Part shown: positions 1 through 8,959 of the stretch, piece by piece
Layout: each line of letters begins with the position of its first letter
Position numbering within the stretch: position 1 is the first letter of the stretch
Assembly: GCA_023244975.1 (NCBI GenBank)
Contig: JAHFLG010000012.1
Coordinates: 1 to 58,015, forward strand
Direction of reading: 5' to 3'
DNA: 58,015 nucleotides
DNA from: Candidatus Harrisonbacteria bacterium
GTDB lineage: Bacteria > Patescibacteriota > Minisyncoccia > UBA6257 > 1-14-0-10-44-23
The notes under the pieces: model-generated
Told to the model about the DNA's origin: nothing
What the model saw: only the letters and a program-made list of their open reading frames with translations
Databases searched by the model: none
Made by a program: the position numbers and the translations under genes

Positions 1-9
1 TAAACTAAT

Positions 10-561
10 ATGGATGCAATTCTTAAAGAACTAGAACAGCGAGCCCAGGCGCTTATTGCAGCCTTAACTCAGGAGGTGAGTGGAGTGCGCAGCAACCGTC
101 CGAGCCCGCAGCTGGTTGAAGATTTAAAAATTGATTATATGGGTACGCAGATGGTAGTCAAGCAGCTCGGTTCAATTTCCATTGTGCCGCCACGAGAACT
201 GGTGATTGTCTTGTGGGATCCCTCCGGATCGGCCGTGGTTGCCAAGGCGATTGATGATGCTAAGCGTGGGTTTACGACGAGCGTGCGCGGATCGGCTATT
301 CATATAAATCTGCCGCCGCTGAGCCAGGAGCGGCGCGACGAATTGATTAAGCTGGTTAAGCAGATGATCGAAAAATCAAAGATTCAGGTGCGGAGCCTGC
401 GCGATGATGCCAACAAAAAAGTGCAGGCCGGCAAAGCCGCCAAGACAATTACCGAGGATATGGAGAGCCGCGGTAAGAAAAAAATTCAAGAGGTGACCGA
501 CCGAGTCAACAAAGAAATTGACGGACTGCTCGAGAAGAAGGCTAAAGAAATTAACGAATAG
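10..561 (+). CDS. frr: ribosome recycling factor
   Basis: 183 aa. Full-length RRF-like sequence (VRSNRPSPQLVEDLKIDYMG..., LPPLSQERRDELIKLVK). Confidence 0.9.
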   Translation: MDAILKELEQRAQALIAALTQEVSGVRSNRPSPQLVEDLKIDYMGTQMVVKQLGSISIVPPRELVIVLWDPSGSAVVAKAIDDAKRGFTTSVRGSAIHINLPPLSQERRDELIKLVKQMIEKSKIQVRSLRDDANKKVQAGKAAKTITEDMESRGKKKIQEVTDRVNKEIDGLLEKKAKEINE

Positions 562-566
562 CGAGT

Positions 567-1580
567 ATGATTGCAGCTATTCTAGTTATTGTCGGGCTTT
601 CGGTGCTCGTACTCATTCACGAACTCGGGCATTTTATCGCTGCAAAAAATGCGGGTCTACTTGTTGAAGAATTTGGGTTTGGTTTTCCGCCACGAGCCAT
701 CGCGTGGAAGCGGGGAGAGACTGTGTATAGCATCAACTGGCTACCGTTTGGAGGATTTGTAAAAATCTACGGAGAAAAAGGTGAGGGCAAAGCTGACAAG
801 CGTAGTTTTGCGCATCAGTCGCTCTGGCGCAGGTTTGTCATTATCGCTGCAGGTATTTCCATAAACTTTATTTTTGGGTGGCTGCTTCTTTCAATCGTCT
901 TTATGACCGGCGCTCGGCAGGCCGTGGTTATTTCCGAGGTGGTCAAGGGCAGTCCAGCCGAAAGCGTCTCGCTCGCAGCAAATGACGAGATTGTGGGCTT
1001 TAAAACTCCGGAGGAGTTTGTTGCGTTTACCAATGCGCATCGCGGCCAGGCAACGACTATCAGTATTATGCACGCCGGAGCTGCGCGGGAAGTTACGGTA
1101 ACTCCACGCAAAGATCCGACGCCCGGCCAGGGTGCCTTGGGAGTTGCGGTAGTAGGGGCTGGTTTCGAACGGCTTGGATTTTTTGATTCATTATGGAAAG
1201 GACTGACGGTCTCGATCGAGAGCATGGGAGAGATTTTAAAAGCATTCGGTTCGTTGGTCGGCGATCTCGTTGGCCACGCTCAGGTTCCAGAAAATGTGGT
1301 TGGGCCGGTCGGGATTTTCGGTGTTGCCGGTCAGCTCGGGTCGCTTGGCATGGTCTATGTGCTCCAGCTCATTGCCCTGATTTCACTTAATTTGGCAGTG
1401 CTTAACTTTATTCCATTTCCAGCCCTTGATGGCGGCCGGATTTTATTTCTGATTATCGAGAAGATCAAGGGTTCGCCTATTCATGCCAAGCGCGAGCTCT
1501 GGGCCAACGCTATTAGTTTTGGACTCCTCGTGTTACTGATGATTATTATCACGACACGGGACATTGTTCGATTGTTTTGA
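567..1580 (+). CDS. rseP: RseP-like M50 site-2 zinc metalloprotease
   Basis: HELGH motif in the first TM helix, central PDZ-like segment, C-terminal LNxxPxxxLDGG-like motif (LNFIPFPALDGG). Confidence 0.8.
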   Translation: MIAAILVIVGLSVLVLIHELGHFIAAKNAGLLVEEFGFGFPPRAIAWKRGETVYSINWLPFGGFVKIYGEKGEGKADKRSFAHQSLWRRFVIIAAGISINFIFGWLLLSIVFMTGARQAVVISEVVKGSPAESVSLAANDEIVGFKTPEEFVAFTNAHRGQATTISIMHAGAAREVTVTPRKDPTPGQGALGVAVVGAGFERLGFFDSLWKGLTVSIESMGEILKAFGSLVGDLVGHAQVPENVVGPVGIFGVAGQLGSLGMVYVLQLIALISLNLAVLNFIPFPALDGGRILFLIIEKIKGSPIHAKRELWANAISFGLLVLLMIIITTRDIVRLF

Positions 1581-1592
1581 TAGCATAGATAT

Positions 1593-2834
1593 ATGAAGCA
1601 AAGTCAGTTATTTACCAAAACACGAAAAGAGGCGCCGAAAGAGGAGGTGAGTCGCAATGCTCAGCTGCTTATTCGCGGTGGGTATATTGATAAGCTGATG
1701 GCCGGAGTCTATACCTATCTGCCGCTTGGGCTGCGCGTACTAAAAAATATCGAGCAGATTATTCGGGAAGAATTAAATAAAGCCGGCGGGCAGGAGATTT
1801 TAATGCCGGCGTTTCAGCCGAAAGAGAATTGGGAGCTGACCAAGCGTTGGGATATTGATATTTTGTATAAGACAAAAGATTTTGAAGGTCGCGAGTATGC
1901 GCTTGGACCCACGCACGAAGAGGTGGTCACGCCACTTCTCAAACAGTTTATTTCTTCGTATCGCGATCTGCCGCGCGCCGTGTATCAGTTTCAGGACAAG
2001 TTCCGGATGGAAAAACGCGCCAAAAGTGGGATTCTGCGTGGCCGGGAGTTTTTAATGAAAGATCTCTATTCGTTCCACGCCAATGAGGCGGATTTTGATT
2101 TGTACTATGGGGTGATGAAAAAAGTCTATGGCGAAATCTTCAAGCGCTGCGGCATTGGCCACAAGACTTATTTGACCTTTGCCTCAGGTGGGATTTTTTC
2201 CAAGTACAGTCATGAGTTTCAGACTATAACCCCGGCAGGGGAGGATCTGATTTATATTTGCGATAACTGTTCTTTGGCTATTAATAAAGAAATAAAAGAC
2301 GAGACGCCGAAGTGCCCACAGTGTAATCATGCTGATTTCAAAGAAGAAAAAGCCATTGAAGTCGGTAACATCTTCTCTTTGAAGACGAGGTTCTCAGATG
2401 CGTTCAATCTAAAATACAAAGACGAGAAGGGTGAGCTCCAGCCGGTGATTATGGGTTGCTACGGTATTGGCCTGGGGCGACTCATGGGCACGATCGTTGA
2501 GGCGCTTGCTGATGACAAAGGCATCGTCTGGCCCGAAACTGTGGCGCCATTTAAAGTTCATCTGCTCGGCCTGGCCGGCAAAGAGGGCAGCGCGGTTACT
2601 GAGGCCGCGGAAAACATTATTACCGAATTAGAACATGTTGGCGTGAGCGTGCTCTACGACGATCGCGACGCAACTGCCGGAGCAAAGTTTGCCGATGCCG
2701 ACCTGCTGGGTATGCCGTATCGTGTTGTGATCAGTGAGAAAACGCTGGCTGAAAAAAGCGCTGAAGTAAAACTCCGCCAAACCGGCGAAACTACTCTCGT
2801 CAAACTCGACCACCTCGTGGCGCATTTGAAATAA
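1593..2834 (+). CDS. proS: prolyl-tRNA synthetase, bacterial type without the INS editing domain
   Basis: N-terminus matches the bacterial ProRS pattern (MKQSQLFTKTRKE..VSRNAQLLIRGGYI..GVYTYLPLGLRV). Class II motifs 2 and 3 are present. Only 413 aa. Confidence 0.85.
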   Translation: MKQSQLFTKTRKEAPKEEVSRNAQLLIRGGYIDKLMAGVYTYLPLGLRVLKNIEQIIREELNKAGGQEILMPAFQPKENWELTKRWDIDILYKTKDFEGREYALGPTHEEVVTPLLKQFISSYRDLPRAVYQFQDKFRMEKRAKSGILRGREFLMKDLYSFHANEADFDLYYGVMKKVYGEIFKRCGIGHKTYLTFASGGIFSKYSHEFQTITPAGEDLIYICDNCSLAINKEIKDETPKCPQCNHADFKEEKAIEVGNIFSLKTRFSDAFNLKYKDEKGELQPVIMGCYGIGLGRLMGTIVEALADDKGIVWPETVAPFKVHLLGLAGKEGSAVTEAAENIITELEHVGVSVLYDDRDATAGAKFADADLLGMPYRVVISEKTLAEKSAEVKLRQTGETTLVKLDHLVAHLK

Positions 2835-2902
2835 TCCTATTCGTCAGGGGCATGGACGGAGGATATATTTTGGCGTAGTATATCAGCACGTTAGGGCAGG
2901 CT

Positions 2903-3964
2903 ATGTTTATGAAATTTAAGAATCCGCTGAGCTTATTTAGGAAGAATGTTGGTATCGACTTGGGGACGGCGAACTCGCTGGTGTATTTGAGCGGCCGCGG
3001 TATTGTTATTAACGAGCCATCAGCGGTGGCGATCAACAACAAGACCAACAAGGTTGTGGCCGTGGGCACTGAGGCTAAGCAGATGCTTGGTCGCACGCCG
3101 CTACACATCACCGTCGTGCGCCCGCTCGTGGGAGGAGTTATTTCAGATTTTGAAATGGCGCAGGAAATTTTGAAACAGTTTTTGAAAAAGTTAGGCAATT
3201 CATCCTTTGTAAATTATTATCAGAACGCGGTCATTGGTGTGCCGGCTGATCTCACTGAGGTAGAACGAAAGTCAGTGGAGGACGCGGTGTTGGGTGCCGG
3301 TGTTTCCAAGGCGTACGTTATTGAGTCCGCCATTGCTGCGGCTTTGGGCGCGCGGCTGCCCGTCAACGAACCGGTCGCTAACATGATTATTGATATCGGC
3401 GGGGGGACCACTGAGATTGCGATTATTTCTATGGGCGGAGCGGTGACCGTCAAAAGCTTGAAGGTTGCCGGAGACAAGTTAAACGATGATATTTTAAAAT
3501 TTGTGCGCGAGGAGTTTCATCTCGCTATTGGCGAACCAACCGCAGAAGAATTAAAGATTGAAATTGGCAGCGCGATTCCAATTGCCGACAAGCTGGAGAT
3601 GACTATACGTGGTCGTGACCTTACGACAGGACTCCCGAAAGAAGTAGTACTTAAGGATGCTCATGTTCGCGCGGCCATCAATAAGTCACTCCGTTTGATT
3701 ATTGACGCAGTTAAGGAGGTGGTTGAAAAAGCCCCGCCAGAGCTTGTTGGTGATTTGCTCAAGCGGGGGATTTATATGTGCGGCGGCGGCAGCCTGTTGC
3801 GCGGCATTGATGAACTTATTGCCAAAGAGCTTTCAACTACCACAACTATTGTTGATGATCCTCTAACCTGTGTGGCGCGTGGGGCCGGGATCGCGGTTGA
3901 GAATTTAGAAAAGTATGACTATATCTTGAACAGCCCGCTCAAGCCGCGGGAGATCAAGTTATGA
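2903..3964 (+). CDS. mreB: rod shape-determining protein MreB
   Basis: Actin-like ATPase motifs: GIDLGTANSLVY, DIGGGTTEIA, GGGSLLRGIDE. Confidence 0.9.
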   Translation: MFMKFKNPLSLFRKNVGIDLGTANSLVYLSGRGIVINEPSAVAINNKTNKVVAVGTEAKQMLGRTPLHITVVRPLVGGVISDFEMAQEILKQFLKKLGNSSFVNYYQNAVIGVPADLTEVERKSVEDAVLGAGVSKAYVIESAIAAALGARLPVNEPVANMIIDIGGGTTEIAIISMGGAVTVKSLKVAGDKLNDDILKFVREEFHLAIGEPTAEELKIEIGSAIPIADKLEMTIRGRDLTTGLPKEVVLKDAHVRAAINKSLRLIIDAVKEVVEKAPPELVGDLLKRGIYMCGGGSLLRGIDELIAKELSTTTTIVDDPLTCVARGAGIAVENLEKYDYILNSPLKPREIKL

Positions 3965-4674
3965 GGCGCCCACAGAATATTATTTTGCTTGCGGTTTTCT
4001 GCGCATTATTTCTTATTGGCCAATGGCTGTTCATTCCCAAGACCTATGTGAACTCGGTGATTATTCAGGCGCTGCAGGCGCCGAAGGTTTTGCTCCAATC
4101 ATTGATCAACCGGCATGAGATAGTTACTCAGCTTTCTGATTTGCAACTTGAAAATCAGAGTCTGCGCGCTCAGATCCAAGAGCTTAAGTCGAGCCCCGCG
4201 ATTATCAAGACCGGTAAGGCTATCTATGTGAGCGCGCATGTGTATTCTTCATATCCGCTCAACAACAGCGGTCTCATTCTCATAAGTGCCGGCGCGGATC
4301 AGGGGATTACCAAGGGGGCGATTGTGTTAGCCGCCCCCGGAATTTTTTTAGGTCAGGTTACTGATGTAAGCGGATCTACCAGTCAGGTACGCACGATCTT
4401 TGATCCCGACTGGGAGCTGCCGGTCAAAATTGGAGATCAAAAAATCGATTCGTTGCTTGTCGGTGGTCATGAGCCGCGGCTCACTCTCATTTCAAAAAAG
4501 AAAATGGCGCACGTCGGCCAGGCGGTCATTCTTGCAGCCAAGGAGTATCCATATGGACTTACGGTTGGCACGGTTGGGAATCTTAAAGATGGTGGTGCAG
4601 ATTTGTTTCAGGAGGCGGCACTGGCAACTTCCTACCAATTCGGCAGTTTGAATGATATGTTAGTTGTTCAGTAA
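3961..4674 (+). CDS. mreC: rod shape-determining protein MreC
   Basis: N-terminal TM helix, coiled-coil (LQLENQSLRAQIQELK) and beta-rich C-terminus. ATGA overlap with mreB. Confidence 0.7.
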   Translation: MRRPQNIILLAVFCALFLIGQWLFIPKTYVNSVIIQALQAPKVLLQSLINRHEIVTQLSDLQLENQSLRAQIQELKSSPAIIKTGKAIYVSAHVYSSYPLNNSGLILISAGADQGITKGAIVLAAPGIFLGQVTDVSGSTSQVRTIFDPDWELPVKIGDQKIDSLLVGGHEPRLTLISKKKMAHVGQAVILAAKEYPYGLTVGTVGNLKDGGADLFQEAALATSYQFGSLNDMLVVQ

Positions 4675-4675
4675 T

Positions 4676-5152
4676 ATGGCGAGTAGTCACTGGAGAGCAT
4701 ATCTGGCTGTGATCGTGGTAGCACTGATACTTATGGCCGGGGCCTTGCAAATGCATGGCGCACTGGCTGTGTACGGTATTCGTCCTGATCTTATGCTTGT
4801 GGTTCTTATTGTTTCGGCACTGTTCACTGACAATTTTTTATTGTATCTACTGCTTACCCTTATCGCCTCGATTGGTATCCGGTTCGCCCCGGGATTCGGA
4901 CCCGAGGCTTTTGCATTGGTAGTCGTAAGTCTTGGCGTCTTTGCGGTGAAGTCAAAAATCGTCTGGCCTGGTCTGCTGGGAAGCGCTATTCTGATCGGTG
5001 CGGGGACTATCGCAGTATATACGCTTGGTTCGATGCAATTTCTGTTCAGGCACCCAGGAATTGTTGCGGCCGAAGCTTTGTATAATATAGTGCTTGCTGC
5101 GATACTCTATGAGGTATTGCAGCTCATTACTAGATATGAGAAAAAAGCATGA
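4676..5152 (+). CDS. mreD: MreD-like polytopic membrane protein
   Basis: Small multi-TM protein immediately after mreC. The first ATG is at 4676; the ORF track starts at a TTG at 4664. Confidence 0.5.
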   Translation: MASSHWRAYLAVIVVALILMAGALQMHGALAVYGIRPDLMLVVLIVSALFTDNFLLYLLLTLIASIGIRFAPGFGPEAFALVVVSLGVFAVKSKIVWPGLLGSAILIGAGTIAVYTLGSMQFLFRHPGIVAAEALYNIVLAAILYEVLQLITRYEKKA

Positions 5153-7010
5153 CTTACAATTTGAAGATTTTGCATCAGACACCGTTGCCACGGAAGAGCT
5201 TGATTACGTAGAGGTACCGCTCTCTTCCCGCGTTTTTTTATTGGTTATTGTTACGGCTACACTCCTGGCAGCTACTATGGTTGCTCGCATTATCTATCTT
5301 GGCGGTATTAAAGGATCATTTTATCAGGCACGTGCCATCGCGAATATCAATCACGAGAAATTAATTCCGGCGCACCGGGGGATCATCACTGATCGTATCG
5401 GAGTCGTGCTGGCTAAAAACACTGAAACGTTTAGTGTATTTTTGAATATTACAGAGCTGTTAAAAGATCGCGTGCAATTTGATTTGGTGATTTCAGCCTT
5501 GGCACAGACTCTGGATATGCCCGTTTCTGACATAGAGGCGGCAGTGGCAGACGTTAATTTTGAAAATAATACGGAAGTTCCTGTGGTTAGAAATATAACC
5601 AGTGAGCAAGCCATCGCGGTGCGCGGATTGAGTCTAGCCTCGGTCTCGGTAGAAAACGATTTCCGGCGCGAGTATCCACTTGGCGCCTCAATGAGCGCCA
5701 TACTTGGATACACAGGAATCAGCGACACCGGTGTTTCGGTGATTGGTAAAACCGGCCTGGAGCATTATTATGACGGCGATCTTAAAGGCACTGATGGGAA
5801 ATATGTTTATATTCGCAATGTCAAAGGCACGGTACTCGATGAGCGAGTGGCTCAGCCGGCTACTCCAGGAGCAAAAGTTAAGACAACCATTGACGCTGAT
5901 TTTCAGCAATATTTTTATAATCGTTTGAAGCAGGGTCTGGCGGGTCTCGGTAGTAAGGGGGGGGTCGGTCTTGCGATTGATCCGAGAAATGGCGAAATTT
6001 TGGCACTCGTTAGTCTGCCAAGTTATGACAATAATATTTTTATGACTCCAGGCAAGAGCGCCGACCGAGTGCGTGTTGTTACCGACAAAGATCATCCGGT
6101 GTTTAACCGCGCGGTTAACGGCGTCTATAGTCCAGGTTCAACCATTAAACCGCTCGTTGCCTTGTCTGCCCTCCATGAGAAGGTTATTGACCCTTCATTT
6201 CAAGTGTATTCTCCGGGTTACCTCGAGATTCCCAATCCATATGTACCTGACAAGCCGAGTCGATTTTTAGACTGGCGACCTCAGGGTTGGGTTAATGTTC
6301 GCAGTGCGCTGGCGCGTTCGTCTAACGTATTTTTTTATGAAGTCGGCGGAGGTTTGCCAAGCAGTCCAGGTGTTCCGGCTGTTGTAGGATTAGGCATTGA
6401 ACGACTTCGGCATTATTGGGAAAAATTTGGCTTTGGGGCTAAGACGGGGATTGATGCTGACAATGAAGCCGTGGGATTTTTGCCGAGTCCCGATGAAAAA
6501 CAGCAGCGCACAAAGACTCCATGGCGAATCGGCGACAGCTATAACGTCAGTATCGGTCAGGGTGATCTACAAGTTTCGCCGATCCAGCTGCTTAATTACA
6601 TCGCCGGCATAGCTAATAACGGAGTGATGTATGCCCCTCATCTGGTACAGTCGATTACCGGTCAACGCGACATCGAGCCGACTACATTGATTGATTATTC
6701 CGATTGGAAGATGGAATTACGGGAGGTGCAGGCCGGTATGCGCGACGGCGTTATTAAAGACTACGGAACTTCGCATGCCCTCAATGATCTGCCTATGGCA
6801 GTTGCCTCAAAAACCGGCAGTGCGCAGATCCAGTTTAATACCAAAACAAACGCTTTCTTTGTTGGATATGGGCCGTTTGAGAAACCACGTATAGCTATTG
6901 AAGTGCTTATTGAAAATGCGAAAGAAGGCAGCTTAAATGCGGTGCCGATCGCTAAAGATGTGTTAAATTGGTATTATGAACATAGGATTGCTCTACGAAC
7001 TACGAACTAA
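5136..7010 (+). CDS. mrdA: penicillin-binding protein 2 (elongasome transpeptidase)
   Basis: SxxK (STIK), SxN (SSN) and KTG motifs, with an N-terminal TM anchor. Start chosen at MRKKHDL, overlapping the end of mreD. Confidence 0.85.
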   Translation: MRKKHDLQFEDFASDTVATEELDYVEVPLSSRVFLLVIVTATLLAATMVARIIYLGGIKGSFYQARAIANINHEKLIPAHRGIITDRIGVVLAKNTETFSVFLNITELLKDRVQFDLVISALAQTLDMPVSDIEAAVADVNFENNTEVPVVRNITSEQAIAVRGLSLASVSVENDFRREYPLGASMSAILGYTGISDTGVSVIGKTGLEHYYDGDLKGTDGKYVYIRNVKGTVLDERVAQPATPGAKVKTTIDADFQQYFYNRLKQGLAGLGSKGGVGLAIDPRNGEILALVSLPSYDNNIFMTPGKSADRVRVVTDKDHPVFNRAVNGVYSPGSTIKPLVALSALHEKVIDPSFQVYSPGYLEIPNPYVPDKPSRFLDWRPQGWVNVRSALARSSNVFFYEVGGGLPSSPGVPAVVGLGIERLRHYWEKFGFGAKTGIDADNEAVGFLPSPDEKQQRTKTPWRIGDSYNVSIGQGDLQVSPIQLLNYIAGIANNGVMYAPHLVQSITGQRDIEPTTLIDYSDWKMELREVQAGMRDGVIKDYGTSHALNDLPMAVASKTGSAQIQFNTKTNAFFVGYGPFEKPRIAIEVLIENAKEGSLNAVPIAKDVLNWYYEHRIALRTTN

Positions 7011-7042
7011 ATACGAAATTACGAAATAACCTATATAACACC

Positions 7043-7813
7043 ATGAGCAAAATACTGATTGCGAATTGGAAGATGAATCCGGAAAAAGAAACAGATGCCA
7101 TTAAGCTTGCCAAAGCCACTGACGGTGAGCATGTGGTCATCTGTCCACCCCTGCCGTTTTTAAGCGAAGTCAGCACTGCAATCAACAAAAGTGCTCTGGG
7201 AGCCCAAGATATCTCAACCGATCCAATAACCGGTCCGTTTACGGGCGAGGTTTCGGCATCTCAGTTGAGATCCATGGGGATTCAGTATGTCATTATTGGA
7301 CACTCTTCTCGTCGTAGCCGTGATGGTGAGACAGATGAGATTGTGGCCAAAAAAATAGCCGCTGCTCTCGATGCCGGATTGATCCCAATTTTGTGTGTAG
7401 GTGAAACTGCAACCGAGCGGAGTCATGGTCATACTCGTGAAGTTCTTGACAGGCAGTTGCGAATGGCATTTTCTCTGATTCCTGCTGATACCGGCGAGAA
7501 AAAATTTAATGTTATTGTAGCCTACGAGCCCGTCTGGGCGATCAGTACTAATCAGGCTCCGGGTGCAGGCGGTCATAGTGAGGGCGCTACGCCCAGTATG
7601 GTTCAGGATATGATAAGCTACATGAAGGGTATTGTCCGTGGTATGCCGATTACTCCCGTATTTATCTACGGTGGTTCCGTTGATGCTGAGAATCTTGGGT
7701 CATTTTTGGAATGTTCTGAAATTCACGGAGCGCTGGTTGGTGCAGTAAGCCTTAAAGCAGGGGAATTTAAAAAAATGATCGTGGTCGCATCGCAATCAAA
7801 CATTAATAATTAA
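7043..7813 (+). CDS. tpiA: triosephosphate isomerase
   Basis: ANWKMN, GHSSRR and AYEPVWAI motifs. Confidence 0.85.
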   Translation: MSKILIANWKMNPEKETDAIKLAKATDGEHVVICPPLPFLSEVSTAINKSALGAQDISTDPITGPFTGEVSASQLRSMGIQYVIIGHSSRRSRDGETDEIVAKKIAAALDAGLIPILCVGETATERSHGHTREVLDRQLRMAFSLIPADTGEKKFNVIVAYEPVWAISTNQAPGAGGHSEGATPSMVQDMISYMKGIVRGMPITPVFIYGGSVDAENLGSFLECSEIHGALVGAVSLKAGEFKKMIVVASQSNINN

Positions 7814-7819
7814 TTTTCT

Positions 7820-8569
7820 ATGCACAACGAAAAATCTATTTTCTGGATCCTCATTAACAGCTGCTTGGTACTGGTACTGATGGGCGGACTTATTGGTGTC
7901 GGAACATTGTTGCGGTTTAGCAATACCATTGTGTCATCACGGACTATTACGGTATCAGGAGAAGGTAAGACTTCGATTGCTCCTGATCTGGCAACTATTT
8001 CATTTTCTGTCATTAGTCAGGGATCCAGCGCAGTTGATATTCAAAAAATTAATACCACGAAAATCAACCGCGCCATTACGTTTGTCAAAGATCATGGCAT
8101 CAAGGATACCGATATAAAAACCACCGGCTATAATTTGTATCCAAGCTATCGGTACGACAAGAATAATGGTCAGTCTTCCATCAGCGGATATGAGATCACT
8201 CAAACGGTGACCGTTAAAATTCGAGATTTGAGTACAATTGGCACGATCATCGGGGGGTTGCCGACAGCCGGCATCAATCAGATTGGTTCACTGAATTACT
8301 CTATTGAGAATCCAGAGGCTCAGCGAGCTCAGGCTCGAGTTCAGGCATTTGCCCGCGCTCGGGACAAGGCTCGTGAGATGGCCGCGGAAAATGGCGTGAG
8401 TCTTCTTCGCGTGCTTACCTTCAGTGAATTTACTGGAGGCAATCCGGGACCGATTTTTTACGCCGCGATGGAAAAAGGGATGGACAGCGCCACAGCTCCG
8501 GCGCCAAACATTGAAACCGGTAGCCAAGAGGTGACGATTGACGTGTCAGTGACCTACGAGATCCGCTGA
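7820..8569 (+). CDS. SIMPL/DUF541-family secreted protein
   Basis: N-terminal TM/signal followed by ITVSGEGKTSIAPDLATISFSV, typical of the SIMPL family. Confidence 0.65.
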   Translation: MHNEKSIFWILINSCLVLVLMGGLIGVGTLLRFSNTIVSSRTITVSGEGKTSIAPDLATISFSVISQGSSAVDIQKINTTKINRAITFVKDHGIKDTDIKTTGYNLYPSYRYDKNNGQSSISGYEITQTVTVKIRDLSTIGTIIGGLPTAGINQIGSLNYSIENPEAQRAQARVQAFARARDKAREMAAENGVSLLRVLTFSEFTGGNPGPIFYAAMEKGMDSATAPAPNIETGSQEVTIDVSVTYEIR

Positions 8570-8572
8570 TAT

Positions 8573-8842
8573 ATGCGTGTATTTTTGGCGATATTTTTGG
8601 GGGCGCTACTGGTCTTTATCGGCGTGCAGATTTTTAATTTGCATCGACAGACGGTCGATTATGACCAAAAAGCCAGCGTCTTAGAGGCAGAGGTCACATC
8701 TCTTTCGGCCGAAAATGATCAGTATCAGGGAGATCTTCGGTACTATGAAAATGATGAAAATCTCGGTAAAGAGGCTCTTAAGTATAATCGCAAAAAACCT
8801 GGCGAGCAGCTCTATATTTTGGTTCCGCCAAAAGCTAATTGA
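8573..8842 (+). CDS. FtsB/DivIC-like septum formation initiator
   Basis: 89 aa. One TM helix plus a short coiled coil. Confidence 0.45.
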   Translation: MRVFLAIFLGALLVFIGVQIFNLHRQTVDYDQKASVLEAEVTSLSAENDQYQGDLRYYENDENLGKEALKYNRKKPGEQLYILVPPKAN

Positions 8843-8881
8843 CGAAGGTTCTCGGCCGCCGTATAGTTTCTGGGCGGCTAC

Positions 8882-8952
8882 GCGGGATTAGTACAGTGGC
8901 AGTACGCGACCTTCCCAAGGTTGAGACGCGAGTTCGATTCTCGTATTCCGCT
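8882..8952 (+). tRNA. tRNA-Gly (anticodon CCC)
   Basis: Hand-folded cloverleaf: acceptor GCGGGAT/ATTCCGC, anticodon stem CGACC/GGTTG, loop TTCCCAA, T-arm GCGAG-TTCGATT-CTCGT. CCA is not encoded. Confidence 0.85.
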
Positions 8953-8959
8953 CACATTC

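Noticed and set aside
6985-7042. Four TACGAA boxes at the PBP2 end and upstream of tpiA
   Set aside because: The boxes are short and irregularly spaced (7-11 nt), and two lie inside the coding sequence. There is not enough evidence for a regulatory site.
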